A stretch of 64,000 nucleotides of DNA from Neoechinorhynchus agilis. Lineage: Eukaryota; Animalia; Acanthocephala. A program made the translations under genes and the position numbers. The stretch spans positions 8,279,412 to 8,343,411 of the forward strand of contig CM121342.1 of the NCBI GenBank assembly GCA_051530055.1, read 5' to 3'. Below the pieces are notes generated by a model. It was not told the origin of the DNA. It saw nothing but the letters and a program-made list of their open reading frames with translations, and made no database searches. Each line of letters starts with the position of its first letter. Within the stretch, counting starts at the first letter, position 1. Positions 46,469 through 59,146 of this stretch are shown one piece after another.

Positions 46469-49400
46469 ATGTTCTCCTTTTTCAAACGGGACAACTATTC
46501 GTCGTCGTCACGAGACAAATCGATTGGTCATGCTTCGTCAGCGACGCCTCGCTCGGTTCAACCACGTAAAAAGCATCATGAAATCGAATCCCGTATCAAT
46601 CGCTTCGGTCGCCGTCGTCACCGATCGAGCGACATTCTCTCAATGGTACGAAGACACCTCGCTCTCTTCTCTTCTCTATACACATGCATATACTTCTCTT
46701 GTACCCTGGTGATACTGAAAAGGACCAGCCTTTCTTCTCCTCTATTTTTCAAGACTCACTTGCAGTGACTCATTTGCGCTCTCCCTTCACCTATTTTTCC
46801 TTACGCCGCCCTTAATGTTCATTAGGGTCGTTCGGTGGTGACCCGCAACTCACACAACGACGACCTCCTCCTCCACCTCCCGTCCGTCCACACACACAAG
46901 GTATCGTCGACAAAAGATGGTCAAGCGATTTCAAGCGCAATCACCAGTCAGCAATCAATCCAGTCGTCTCAGTCTTACTCAATCGATGACACCCTCGCCC
47001 AAAACGACACCGGTTCTTCGACGACCATCGTCCTTAATGAACCCGACTACTGCGTCAAACAATCGACAAATAATGAGACTAGTATGTGTTTGTCGTCTTC
47101 GTTTAGATCCAATCACCTTCATTCTCAGTCCTCGCGTTCAGCATCCACTCAACGCTTCATTCGAGAAGTCATTGTTGAAAAAAGACCATCAGATAACGTG
47201 TTTAATATTCAAATCGACCAAATTGAAAGCACGCCGAGTTCACAAGATGACAAACTATCGCGTCTTTTAGTGCGTGGACCCGGATTTTTACAAGATGACC
47301 GTTTGGTTTCACTAAATGGACGTCAAATCAGCCCGAGTATGCACTCCGATCGAGTTAATCGAATTATTAGATCACTCGCTGGAAAAACTTTGTCTGTACA
47401 AGTGCTTAGTATTGTATCGACCATGAATCAATCGACGACCCCGTCCGAAGGAACACGAAGCTCTACACCCGTCGTTATACGCGGTTCAATCAAACGATTC
47501 GGAACTGTCCGAGGAAACACTCACAGAGTCCATGAAGTGACAAAACAAAACATTAACAATCTTTATTGGCTTGTGAATGAAAGCCAAGTACCATCTTATA
47601 GCCTAGTTCAACTTCTTAGAGAAACCAGTAACAATAATGCCGTTGTTAGCCGAATTTCAATGCCTGGACAAATGTTTGAAGCGGGTATTGATAGGCTTGA
47701 GAAAGCCAATTACCCAGAATTCGACATGAGCGACCAATTATGTAATCTCCAGTACCTAAACGAAACAGCAATGCTTCATGTGATCCGTACGCGACATTTG
47801 TCGGCTTATCCGTTCAGTGCAATTGGCCCAATTACTATATCTCTACCAGGTGGATCTCCTAAAGACGATTGCAAACATGTTGCAAGTGTTCTTGAGGAAA
47901 TCAGAACCCTCAGACAAGAACTAACTCCTCCACATATTGTTTCATCAGTCATTCGACTTTACAGGAACGCTTGTGCTCGCAAAGGTTCACATACTCTTTG
48001 TTTACTGGGTCAAGCAGAGAAACTTAAACGGGATTTAACTCGACGAGCTCTGATTTCAATTTGTTTACTCGGTTCTGATTGTAACGAAACCGTAATTGGG
48101 ACAGTAAAGGCGTTCACGGATATCCTGGATATTATATCCTGCTGTTGTCAACACACCGGACTGAGTCCCTACAGTTATCTAAATCAAAACTCCGCTCTTC
48201 TATACTCCGTCGAGTTGAATTCTCACGGACGCATAAGCAAAATATCGTTCAATCTTACACTTTCAGATAAATCCGCTCTGTTTTATCACAGAAGAGGAGC
48301 TTCGGTTTTCGGCCTTCTTTGTGCCGTAGCGCATTGCGACGATCCAGATATACGGCAAAAATTCAACCTCGATTGTGCTGTTAAACCACAAGGACCGAAA
48401 CATATATTCTTAAATTCATGCGATAATTCAAAATGTGTAGATCTCTGGCATCGTCTCACGGACGCTTTCGACAAACTTGACATTTCTCAACATACCAGGG
48501 ATGTTATCGTGTGTCTTTGCGCTGTAATCCTTCATCTAGGATCCTGTGATGCTTCCCGTCTTAGTGGTATAAGTCTTCAACGAGCTCAGAGTATTTGTAA
48601 GGTCCTCCCAAGTTTCATGGAGTCGTCCCGACTTCTTGGAGTTGAAACAAACGATTTTATATCGACTATATTTCACGTTCAACCGCACATTAAACGAAGT
48701 TCGGACTCGCGTGGAAACGTAGATGAAGTCGAGATGGATACCGATATTACTCCCTTGAAGTGTATATGCGGATTTGCAATTTCCATCTATGAGATAATTG
48801 TTAGCATCGCCGAAACTATTCTAAGTCAATCCCTTTCACTAATACTCGGTGACCGCGAGCGACCTTATCCGTCATCTCAATGCTCAACAGTTCATATTTT
48901 GAACGCTCCAACAATCAGCGCAATCGGCCGCCGTGGATGTTTTCCTCAGTTGGTGAATAACTACTTTGCAGAACGGCTTCAATCGGCAATCAGTCATCAC
49001 ACGCATTCCAGTGTACTTAATAGCCTATTGAAGGAGTTCCCCGGATTTAACCCGAACCAAGACTGGACTAATTGGAGAAACAAATCGTTCAAACCGACTC
49101 AGCAAATCATGGAGAATTTGAACAGTGTCGAAAGATTGAAAGAAATCGGAATCCAGGGTCTGCTCTACCTCTTAGACCATCAGTTCCTAAGTCCAGATGA
49201 GATCATCTCAACAATATGTTCATCCCAACTAATGTCAGTAAAACTCAGCGACGCCACTGATCCATCAAGTCTATCTCCAGTCGTAAGTATTGTGGCACGG
49301 CCTACTGTGTTCAAGCTTAACCATTTCAATGGCAATCTTCCAATGAACTACGATCCAACCGATTGGTTCGCAGTACATCGTGATCTACCAAAGCCGTACT

Positions 49401-52400
49401 TTCTCAGCTCTTTACTGGAGAATTCTACGCGGTAAGTCAATAGCTTCTTTCCCTCGCAACTTTTTTTATTGTTCAATACAAAAAAGTTGCACTTTTTAAG
49501 AGCCAAAAAACAAGCCAAGTTCAGAATTTTGGTCGTCGTAATTGTTGTTGGAGCATTAAAGCATAATAAAAATCCGTTAACCGCCTAGTCCATTAACTTC
49601 TTCTTTTTTGTAAAGCTGATCCGTACCATTTTTAAATGTTCCAATAACACTTAATCATTTAGTGATTCAATATGTGACGTGTATCCACAAATCCGATTTC
49701 CAAACTTGATTAGAAACAAAAGAGGAACAGCTACTCGGATACTCAACGAAATGGACAAATTGATCAGTGTGATTAAGCAGAGTTTAACCGTGGACCCTGT
49801 TTATTGTATACTATCGAATGACGATGCTTCTACTTCACCTCAGTTGTCCCAATCTCATACGAACTTCGACGATTCTTGTGTTCGAAGGCAAATGCGAATG
49901 TTTGAACTTGTTCCCTGTGCGAGAATATTCAAATCACTTTTAAGCCAGTACGCTCCACATGAGGTAGTTATGGGTAAATTCGGCCCGTTGTTGTCGGATC
50001 GTCTTCTATTGAATCGTGCTAAAGAATGCACTCTTAAAAGTGAAGCATCTCAGCTCATTATGGACGGTTTTCGGATTGGAAATCAGAGTTATGCGTGTGG
50101 AGAACACGGCGTTTACCTTCGATTTAACTCTCTACTTGAACTTGAATATAAGAGAGACGAAAAAGTTCATGTGGTCATTCAATCGTTGCAATGTTTGGCA
50201 AGAGGAAGTCTGGCTAGGAAAAACTATGCTAAAAAGAAAGTAAGAGTTCTTTGGAAAAACCTTCACTATCTCATTCTCATTTAGCTACAAAGACTTGCTA
50301 TAACTTTAATTCAACGAAACGGACGGATATATGTGAGAATAAAGCAATGGAACTGGTGGAAACTTTACAATAAATTGAAAGCAGTTGCACCCGTTTATTC
50401 GTTCGAGAATAGAATTCTTGAGTTAGAGGTTAGATTTTGTTGGCTTCTCGCGCGCAAAATACCATTTCCGTAGGCCGAATTGTCGACTACGAAGCGAAAT
50501 TTATCACGATCTTTGAATGAATGCAACGATCTCCGAACTATGAATTCAGAACTTCAAGCTTTGGTCGATAAGCAATCTCAGAAAAACAACGGATATTATC
50601 AGTATGATAGTGAACAATCAGCGGATCGATCGACCGACGAAATCGAATCTTTACAAAATAAGATTGAGGATTTAAAGAAGCTTGTATCTCATAAAACAGA
50701 GCGGATTGTTGAATTAGAAAATCACATACAAAAAGCTTCATCTGCGAGGACCTCATCTGATAATGAAGAAGATGAAGAGGCGATTGCTCAATTGGTTCAA
50801 CGACTAAAGGATTCGGAGCGTGCTCAAAGTAACCTCAGCAACGAGCTATTTGATCTAAGATTTGAGAACGAGTCTAGAACAAGTCGAATACGAGAACTCG
50901 AAGGAATACAGACGAAGCACGACGAAGAGATTAGTTTGCTAGAAATCAGAATTAAAGAGCTTCAAACGGCTTTGGATGATTGTTTACGCGAAAAAGAGAA
51001 GTTACTTGATGAGTTGGAAAGTAATCGACAACACAATGGGTTTTCGGACAAACCACGAGGACGGTGTGAATCCTCCTCGTCCACGACGACGACGAGTACT
51101 TTTAGTAATATTGATTTTAGTGGTTTCCATGACGAAACCAACGGTGTGCTCATAAAGGCTAAAAACAAGATCAGAAATCTAGAATCGAAGATTGAGGATT
51201 TGGAAGCGGAATTGGACGAGCAGAACATCAGTCTTCAGTCACATGAACAGGCAAGATCAAAAGCTGAGCTTCAGTTACAACAAGAACGAAAAAAACATAC
51301 GACAGAGATCGAAAAACTTGAAGAAGAGTTGGATTCGGTAAGAGGTAATTTTCAGAGGAGACTGAAAATTGAACAGGATAAACTTGAAGAAGAGGCACAG
51401 AATTCATCTATGTCAGAAATTCTGGTATTAGGTTGAAAAGTCGTTTCTTGTTTCAACTGTCCAATGCCGGAATTACTGATTTACACTTCGAAAAGAGTTG
51501 CACGCAGCAGAGCTGAAGTTATCTGAATACAAATTTTCTGCGGCTTCATCTTCCTCGTCGGAATCTAGTACAAATGCAACGGTGACAACGTTGAAAAAGC
51601 GTATTCTTCAATACAAAGCCCTATTGAATGACGCTCATTTGCAACTGGAACAAGCTAGAGCTGATTTGCAAGCTCAGACTGCTTCTGCTGGAAAAGACAT
51701 GTCGTTAACTGGTATTGAAGGCGACGATTCGATCCACGATTTGCGGACTCGTCTAGAAGACGTAGAGATTGAACGGTCTGCACTTGAACGAGCTAAAAAT
51801 AATTTGAAGGATTTAGTGGAAGAATTAGTCGATGAGGTTGAATCGCTTAGACGAGACAAGAATAAACAGGACGAGCGTTATATAAGTGTTCAGCAAGAGA
51901 ATTCAGATTTGCTCGTAAGACTTGAGCAATTAGAAGAAGAGCATAGTGATCTTAATCGCAGATTAAGCGATCTGATGTCGAACTATGCGAAGGAACAGAA
52001 ACAAGTTAGTAGTTTGAGATGCGACAATGATCAACTGCACAATGAACGGAAACGGTTGCAGGATCTCTGCGAGAGTCTGGATAGTAAAGTACGCGAATTG
52101 GAGAGTGTTAGTTCGAAGAATGCGAGCGGTGGAACGGCGAGCCTATTGGATGATAGGCGTTTGATTGAGCTTGAGAATCGAGTTTGTACGGAAGCCATGG
52201 CGTCTCAACGATTGAAGAATCAAGTTGATAGACTACGAGAACAGTGCGAGAAGCATAAAAGTGCGGAATTAGCATCTTTGAATAGGCAGCAGGGTTTAGA
52301 ACTGGAATTATCGCACGTAACCAACAAACTGAAGAGATCAACAGAGGAGTTGGATATAGTAAATGAGAAACTCAGACGAGTACAGCAGGATAAGTCTAAA

Positions 52401-52609
52401 CTGGTATGTGAATTTTATCCTTCATTCAAATCTCAATTTTCTCTCATTCTATTCAAATACAGTCGTATTCCGTTTCAACGACCGAAACTGAACTATCTCA
52501 TCTGCAGTCTAAACTGAAACTTGCTTATGAGCGGATCCAATTGCTTCAAGCAGCTCTTAATAATACTGCTGATGCCGACGAGGAGGACGTTGAGGAATAC
52601 GATGATTGA
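46469..52609 (+). CDS. MYO18A: Myosin-18A-like protein (PDZ, degenerate motor, IQ, coiled coil). Inferred exons 46469-46645, 46826-49431, 49663-50239, 50285-50428, 50474-51424, 51498-52403, 52463-52609
   Basis: MFSFFKRD start, PDZ-like DDRLVSLNG, DLCNL-like DQLCNLQYLNETAMLHVIRTR, IQRN..WNWWKLY neck, long coiled coil, and a C-terminal KLKLAYERIQLLQAAL motif. All introns are GT-AG and phase-consistent. Confidence 0.88.
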
Positions 52610-53334
52610 CGACTCTAGTAATCACGAATATTGTGAAATAGGATGCACTCGTATAGAGTGAAGTGATTTAATAGAACGATTGCTCTCTACGACTGCGGGA
52701 AGACCATTTTAAACGAGAAAAACGAACTTTGAAATTATAATCCATTAATCGAGTGGTCGCTTCCTTGTTCAGCCTAAATTTTCACAAAGGAAAATCGAAC
52801 ACCAATTTAGAGATTTTACACAGTGAAAATGCGCTTGGCTAAATTTTCTCTACAAAGCTCCTTGAACACTATAGATTGTAAAGCCCTAACTTTTGCAAAC
52901 ATACAGTGAAGATTATTGGCTCGTCGCCGGCCGTGTCCCTAAAACTGGCGACGTTTCCTATTATCCGCTGAGGAAAATTTTACTACTGTAGTCGCTTCCT
53001 TCTTAGGAGATTTCATGATTTTTAAATGGGTTCAGGTGGATTCGAAAGTTTTGGTAATTGATTATCTTTACTGCTTAGATTTATAATAAATACGCCAAAG
53101 GACGGAGGTTCGAAATCATTTCTGTGTTAAAAAAGCGAATACATAAAAAAACAGATTCCATGGACATTGAAGATCACTGAATGAGCTTATCAGAAAGGCA
53201 ATGTTATATTTTAGAGCGAGTTTTTTGTGGTCGTATTTTTGAAAAATGCTCGCTACAAAAAAGGAATCACGATTTTTCGTAAAATGCTGGTTTATTCTAG
53301 GAATGGAACAAAATTGATTTATCTAAGGGAAACA

Positions 53335-54238
53335 TCAGTCGCTTATTCCGCACTTTGATTGTTGTTTGTTAGCGTCCGTTTTTCCATTAACATTGGACGG
53401 AGTTTTTTTTGATTTGCAAGATTGATCAACTAATTTAGTTTTATCGATAACATCCAGGATCTCATGACATACGGCTTCGACGAGGTCCTTACATACTTCA
53501 GGATTGAATTGTACGTACCACTCTACGCCTTTTTCCTTATTGGTCCACTCAACTGGAATCACCCTTGATACCATGAGTGCGAGATGTAAAAGACAAATGG
53601 TGAGTACATCGGCTTCCCATTCGATGCAAATCACAGTCTTGAACACGTCTTTGCAAAACGTCCAACCTTGGATACAAACCCGTTTGCATTGCTCACTAGT
53701 GAGACCGAGTTTTTGAGCATACGACCGCATCAAATCGTGCGGTTTTGGAACTAAAAAATCGTACTTTATCACCTGAATCAATGTTCGTTCGAGCTGTTTA
53801 ACGATTTGGGCTCTAATTTCATTGATTCCACCGAGTTTACTACTTAAATCATTTTGTTTTCCTTTGCTTTCCAAAATGTTCCTTACCACTGGCATAAACT
53901 CTCGAATCTTTTTCGGATTCTCTTCTACTTTACATGCTAGAAATAGACAACAGACTGCTGTACTGCACAAATCTTTCTAGAAGAAGAAGTTTTCTATTTA
54001 GACTTGTGCTTAGTTTAGGATACACGGAATATTCCTGAAATGTTGTCGACATGTAAAATCGATGGAAGTATGTAGCCGCTGTTGTAATCACTGCTGAAAC
54101 AAATTTCATCTCTCGAGCTACGTTGTATATCAATTCCACTCCAAGACGACGCTCGTTGCGTTCATTCTTCAAAGACATTCCATGGCGTACTGAAGGGGGC
54201 TTCCGGAGCTCATCGAATGTGAAGTACCAATTAGACAT
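53335..54238 (-). CDS. CCNK: Cyclin K (exons 54238-54026 and 53976-53335; 49-nt intron)
   Basis: WYFT..L..PS, YFHRFYM, CCLFLACKVEENPKK, LERTLIQVIKYDF, QGWTF, WYVQF..VEAVCHEILD. No Pro-rich tail. Confidence 0.9.
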
Positions 54239-54296
54239 CTCAAGAAGGTTTAAGTGATTTTATACGCTTCTCAACCAGTCATTTCAACACTTTGGG

Positions 54297-54811
54297 ACAG
54301 AGAAGTCGAAGAAATAATTGCCACAGGGCGTCCAAAGTCCTTCAAAATTCACGATATCGCCGATGATTCATAACCAAAGGGGACCGAGGAGGAGGAGGAG
54401 GTATCCGAGGATCCGGACGGGGAACTTGTGTGCCAAGAAATAAACAAAAAATCAGCCATGTTAGCGAAACAGAGAAGTCGAAGAAATAATTGCCACAGGG
54501 CGTCCAAAGTCCTTCAAAATTCACGATATCGCCGATGATTCATAACCAAAGGGGCCCGAGGAGGAGAAGGAGGAGGAGGACATATCCGAGGATCCGGACG
54601 GGGAAGTTGTGTGCCAAGAAATAAACAAAAAATCAGCCATGTTAGCGAAACAGAGAAGTCGAAGAAATAATTGCCACAGAGCGTCCAAAGTCCTTCAAAA
54701 TCCACGATATCGCCGATGATTCATAACCAAAGGGGCCCGAGGAGGAGGAGGAGGAGGAGGAGGAGGAGGAGGAGGAGGAGGAGGAGGAGGAGGTATCTGA
54801 GGATCCGGACA
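54297..54811. repeat. Three tandem units of about 172-200 bp, each with an internal (GAG)n tract; (GAG)18 at 54739-54792
   Basis: Unit starts acagagaagtcg at 54297, 54469 and 54650. Confidence 0.95.
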
Positions 54812-55363
54812 GTGAAGATTTTTGGCTTTCGTTTAATAAAATTGACTTCGCAGAAATTCTACAGAATCTCAAAAACATTTGAACGGAATTATTCGTCAAT
54901 TTGCGTACGGAGAAGTGAGATCAGAATTTCAATGTACAGCGACGATTACGCGAATCAAAATAGTGATCCGTAAACACATTTCGTGTCTTTTAGCTTGGGT
55001 TTTAGAATGTTTTTTTTCTATTGAACATGAAAAACACAGTTCTCAGAGTCATAATAAATTTCAAAGTGCGTTTCAAAACAGAAAGCGACCAATCGAAGGT
55101 TTTCAAATATTAGCACTCTCAAAAATTAACAATTTCAACGACTTTAGCTAAATATCCTTAATAGGCAAAAATGGCTATGAAATCAAACAATTCGACGAAT
55201 TCTTTCCGAAAAATAACCAAAATTTGTTAACTTCCCAAAAACTAACATTATCTCGTTTAAAAGGAAAAGCAACTGGATATCACTTCCAGACAAAAATAGA
55301 TCGCTCAATAAAAGTAAACACGGAAGAATTCATACAAAAAGAGAGATCTTTAGAATTTGACGC

Positions 55364-55852
55364 ATGAAAAAAACAATGAGAGTGATTGTTCAAAGAGTAA
55401 AATCAGGTTCTGTATTTGAACTGGGATCTAGAATTCTAAGTGACAATATCACTCAAACAAAACAATTGATTTCTAAGATCGATGCAGGACTTGTATTGTT
55501 TGTTGGGTTCACTCACACGGACACCGAAGTACAGGTAAACAAAATGGCAGAGAAGGTTTTGAAATTGCGAGTATTTGAAAATGATAAGTCGAAATGGTCA
55601 ATAGGAGTCCGAGAAGCAGGTCTCGAAATACTTTCCGTGAGTCAGTTTACCCTGTACGCCATCATGAAGTGCAACAAACCCGATTTCCATCAATCGATGC
55701 AATCCGATAAAGCCAAAAGATTATACGATCTATGGTTGGAAAAATTGAAAGAACTCTATGATCCAAATCGGATCAAAGACGGCATATTCGGAAAGATGAT
55801 GGACGTTACGATTGTAAATGACGGCCCTGTGACATTAACACTCGAGTACTGA
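55364..55852 (+). CDS. DTD1: D-aminoacyl-tRNA deacylase 1
   Basis: VQRV, LRVF, SQFTL, KPDFH, G.FG..M.V..VNDGPVT. Intronless. Confidence 0.96.
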   Translation: MKKTMRVIVQRVKSGSVFELGSRILSDNITQTKQLISKIDAGLVLFVGFTHTDTEVQVNKMAEKVLKLRVFENDKSKWSIGVREAGLEILSVSQFTLYAIMKCNKPDFHQSMQSDKAKRLYDLWLEKLKELYDPNRIKDGIFGKMMDVTIVNDGPVTLTLEY

Positions 55853-56419
55853 GAGAGAGAGAAAACACGCTCGTCATAGACAAAAAGTAACATGACGTCA
55901 CTGTTGAAATACACGGAAGAAATATGGAGCCGATACTTTAAATTCGAGGAAAACGATTCGAAGAAACGCGCACGGACGTCATCGTCGCTTTGATCGCCGC
56001 ATTTTGAATACGTAAAGATTTCTTATTTTTCTCTAAATTATTTTTAAAATTGAACGCTGAAATTCAAGCTTCCGGATCTAAGAGACCTAAAGAAAGGAAC
56101 GCGGTTGCTATAATTCGAGAGCAGGTTTTAAATACGCAGCGATTTGTTATTATGTTTCAAAATTTCGTCCACAAAATCGTCTTTGGAGCGTAAAATTAAA
56201 GTCTCCGTATCTTCAAGGAAAGAAGCGTTTTTACAGGATTTTTAAATAAACTTCACTATTTCGATCTATTTGAGACGATTGAATCGTTTTATGTTATTTT
56301 TTTCAGTCGTGTTTTTTTATCACACGACTACAATAAATACCGCCACATTTCTCCTTTTTTTCACGTTGAACAACAAAAATAATTATTTTAACATTTATCA
56401 TTTGGTTTTGATAGAATCT

Positions 56420-58137
56420 TTTTTCTAGTCTACTATTGTTTCAATTAAATTCTGTATCCGTCCGTAGAATTCTGATTCCTAAAAGAATTTTACAAATGGT
56501 ATAATTTGCTGGGAAGACTCGCGATACAACCCTCAGATAGACATTGTTAACAGTTTTTCCGAGGCTCGATCCGCGTACTTCAGTGTCAGCATTTTCGAAC
56601 TATCAACAAGAACAAAACGCGGATGCACATTAGGAAAAACAACAAATCATAGAGATTCCAACCATTTTTTGAATAGAAGAAGCCGTTTCACGGGTCAACT
56701 CTGATACTTGAAAGCAGCATTTCCATATAATATCTCGTGCGCTGTCCGGCTTCGAATTTATTTCATCATTGTCAAAAAGACAAGATTTAAGTTCGGATGT
56801 GAGATCGAGCAAAAGAGATTTATACTTTTCCAATATTATCTAAAAAAAGGAAGAATTTATCCTTTTAGTGCTCCGCTTAAACTCACCTCAACTGATCCTC
56901 CGCCGCCTTTAGAAATAATGCTGCGATATATCAAAAGCTTTTCTTCGATTTGTTTTGGCGATTCCACTTCACTGGCTGGACGCGTTGGCCAATCATCGTC
57001 GTCAAAGCGCTCTAGAAACGTTTTGAACACTTCACGACTGTTTTCTGCATATCGCTTCTTTTGTTCTTTTCGAGCTTCTTCTATAGTTGAAACTTCTGCT
57101 GATTCTCGTAACCTTCCTGCGATTTCTCTTATAGTTTCCTTGCCTTTTGTAACGTTTAAAACATCCGTCATTTTGCCAAAAACATTCATGTACATCAGCT
57201 AAAATATTTCTTTTCTACAAAATATACGAAATTTTTTTCAAAAAGGTTTATCGCTTAAATTATTTGGATTCCACTTTTAAGAGCAAATCGCCCATCCTTT
57301 TTTTGTAAAGGCTGCCAAACCCATTGCTATTTTAGTTCTCACCTTTGAAGTAATACTTGAAACATCGTCTAACCAACTTGGTTTAGATCGATGAATTTCT
57401 CCATCACTCTCCTCGCCCTTTACTTCCTCCGCTAACCTATTAATAACCGACGGATCATCTTCACTACTACATCCGCCGTCTATTATTCCCACACTTTCAA
57501 GAACTGCTTCGATTCCAGTTGTAATCTCAGCTTCTCCACTCGCTTTTCTTTTCTTTTCCTGTTCCAAATCTCTTTCGGCAAGCTTTGCTGGATCTGGGAT
57601 GCCGAGGTGTTGATCGACTTTGTCCATAACTGTGGACAAACCACCTACTTTTTTAAGAAACACACAAGATTAAAGATTTCGACATTTAATCCAACTTACC
57701 CATCGAACCTGATAATGAACTTATTGTGTTCGATGCCTGACTCAAAAGTGAACCAAACCAACCGGTATTGGTGAACGATTCTAGCGACGACGAAAGAGAA
57801 TTTTTTAATCAAAAATCTATTCAAATGGCCTTTAAAGTCGTCACAAAAATCGTTCACTTTTAGCAGACTCCGATAGCATTGGAGACGAAGGCTCTGCTTC
57901 TGAGTCTTCATCGTCGCTATCCGTACAGATCTTATCTTTCTTAGTGTTCATCATGTACTTCTTTTTTACCCCGGTCATTCTGCGAGTTTTCTGAGAATCA
58001 CTTTCATCGTCTCCTTCCTCTCCCGATTTGGTACCGTCAATTCGACTACTAATCTTATTAATGGACAAACTATCACCACTATCCTCGCCTTCTCCTCCTT
58101 TATCTTCCATAGAAACTCCGACAGCTTCTTCACTCAT
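56420..58137 (-). CDS. FAM114A: FAM114A (Noxp20)-like protein, multi-exon; internal and 3' boundaries approximate
   Basis: GWFGSLLSQAS, GGLSTVMDKVDQHLGIPDP, VFGKMTDVL, QVSELT..S..K, VNNVYL resemble FAM114A blocks in the right order, separated by short GT-AG introns. Confidence 0.6.
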
Positions 58138-58268
58138 ATCTAAAGCTCTCCAAATCGATTTGTAGATCAAATGCAAATCGTACTTTTTCGATCAGCACTC
58201 ATCAATCTCATACAAAAAAAGAGGAATTTGGCATTTGTAAAACTCGGAAGTGCACGTAAGCTGTGGAA

Positions 58269-58649
58269 ATGTGCGCTAAACTCAGCAAAACACTTTTTCA
58301 ATATCGTACAGGAAAAGTCATCAGTGCCATCGATACTGGAACGAGCAATCCGAAAAAAACTAAATTTCCCGTGGAAGATGATCCTCATAAACTACTTATG
58401 TACTGCTGCGGAACGGATTTTCTCAAAAACTCCAACCCCGTTAAACTAAAAGACGACAGTGAGTATCCCGAGTGGCTATGGAGTCTTAATTGTTCAGGTG
58501 GGCCAACTGGAGATGAGTTAAACGAACAAAAAATAGACTACTTTTTATACCAAAAACAATTGACCGTAAAACAACGTGGACTTGTAAAAGCGAACCAGTT
58601 TCCTGAACTTCCGCGTGATCCAATTTACGATAACATGAAACCCATTTAG
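58269..58649 (+). CDS. MRPL54: Mitochondrial ribosomal protein mL54
   Basis: PVEDDPHKL..C.G..F.K...V.LKDDSEYPEWLW signature. Confidence 0.9.
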   Translation: MCAKLSKTLFQYRTGKVISAIDTGTSNPKKTKFPVEDDPHKLLMYCCGTDFLKNSNPVKLKDDSEYPEWLWSLNCSGGPTGDELNEQKIDYFLYQKQLTVKQRGLVKANQFPELPRDPIYDNMKPI

Positions 58650-59146
58650 GTCTCTAAAACGGTTCTACACAACATCCCTCAAAAAAGTGCTTTTCTATTT
58701 GGTTTCTATCATCCCTAAATGACTTCGGCCGTTTCCTAAAAAACAATAAAAAAATAGAACTTTGCTCATCAGTTTCCTATACAAAATCAAAAGTTAATTT
58801 TGGTTTCTCACTTTTGTATACACTCGCATCCATACAATCATAATGAAAGTTTCCTAATTTGGCTGAGAAGTAAATGACGTTTTGACAATTCGCACTTAGC
58901 CGAATTCTACTCTCTTCTAATGAGAAAAGTCGGTTTCTTAGAGACGACGATGAGTTCAAAAAAATCCAAGATTCCATTCAATTTTTCTTGAATAAATGAG
59001 AATCAAAAACGAAAAGTCCGCTCAAACAATCCGCACACGCGATTACCGGAGTTTTCTAAAACAATTTCATAAAATCGAAATCTTACAAAGTAAAATCCTC
59101 TACAAAAGTTTTTCCACGCGAATTTAAGTCTTAAAAATGACCTAAC

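Noticed and set aside
54342-54973. Poly-Ser, poly-Arg and poly-Pro ORFs
   Set aside because: These are by-products of the (GAG)n tract in a tandem repeat. The poly-Pro frame is upstream of CCNK, so it is not its Pro-rich tail.
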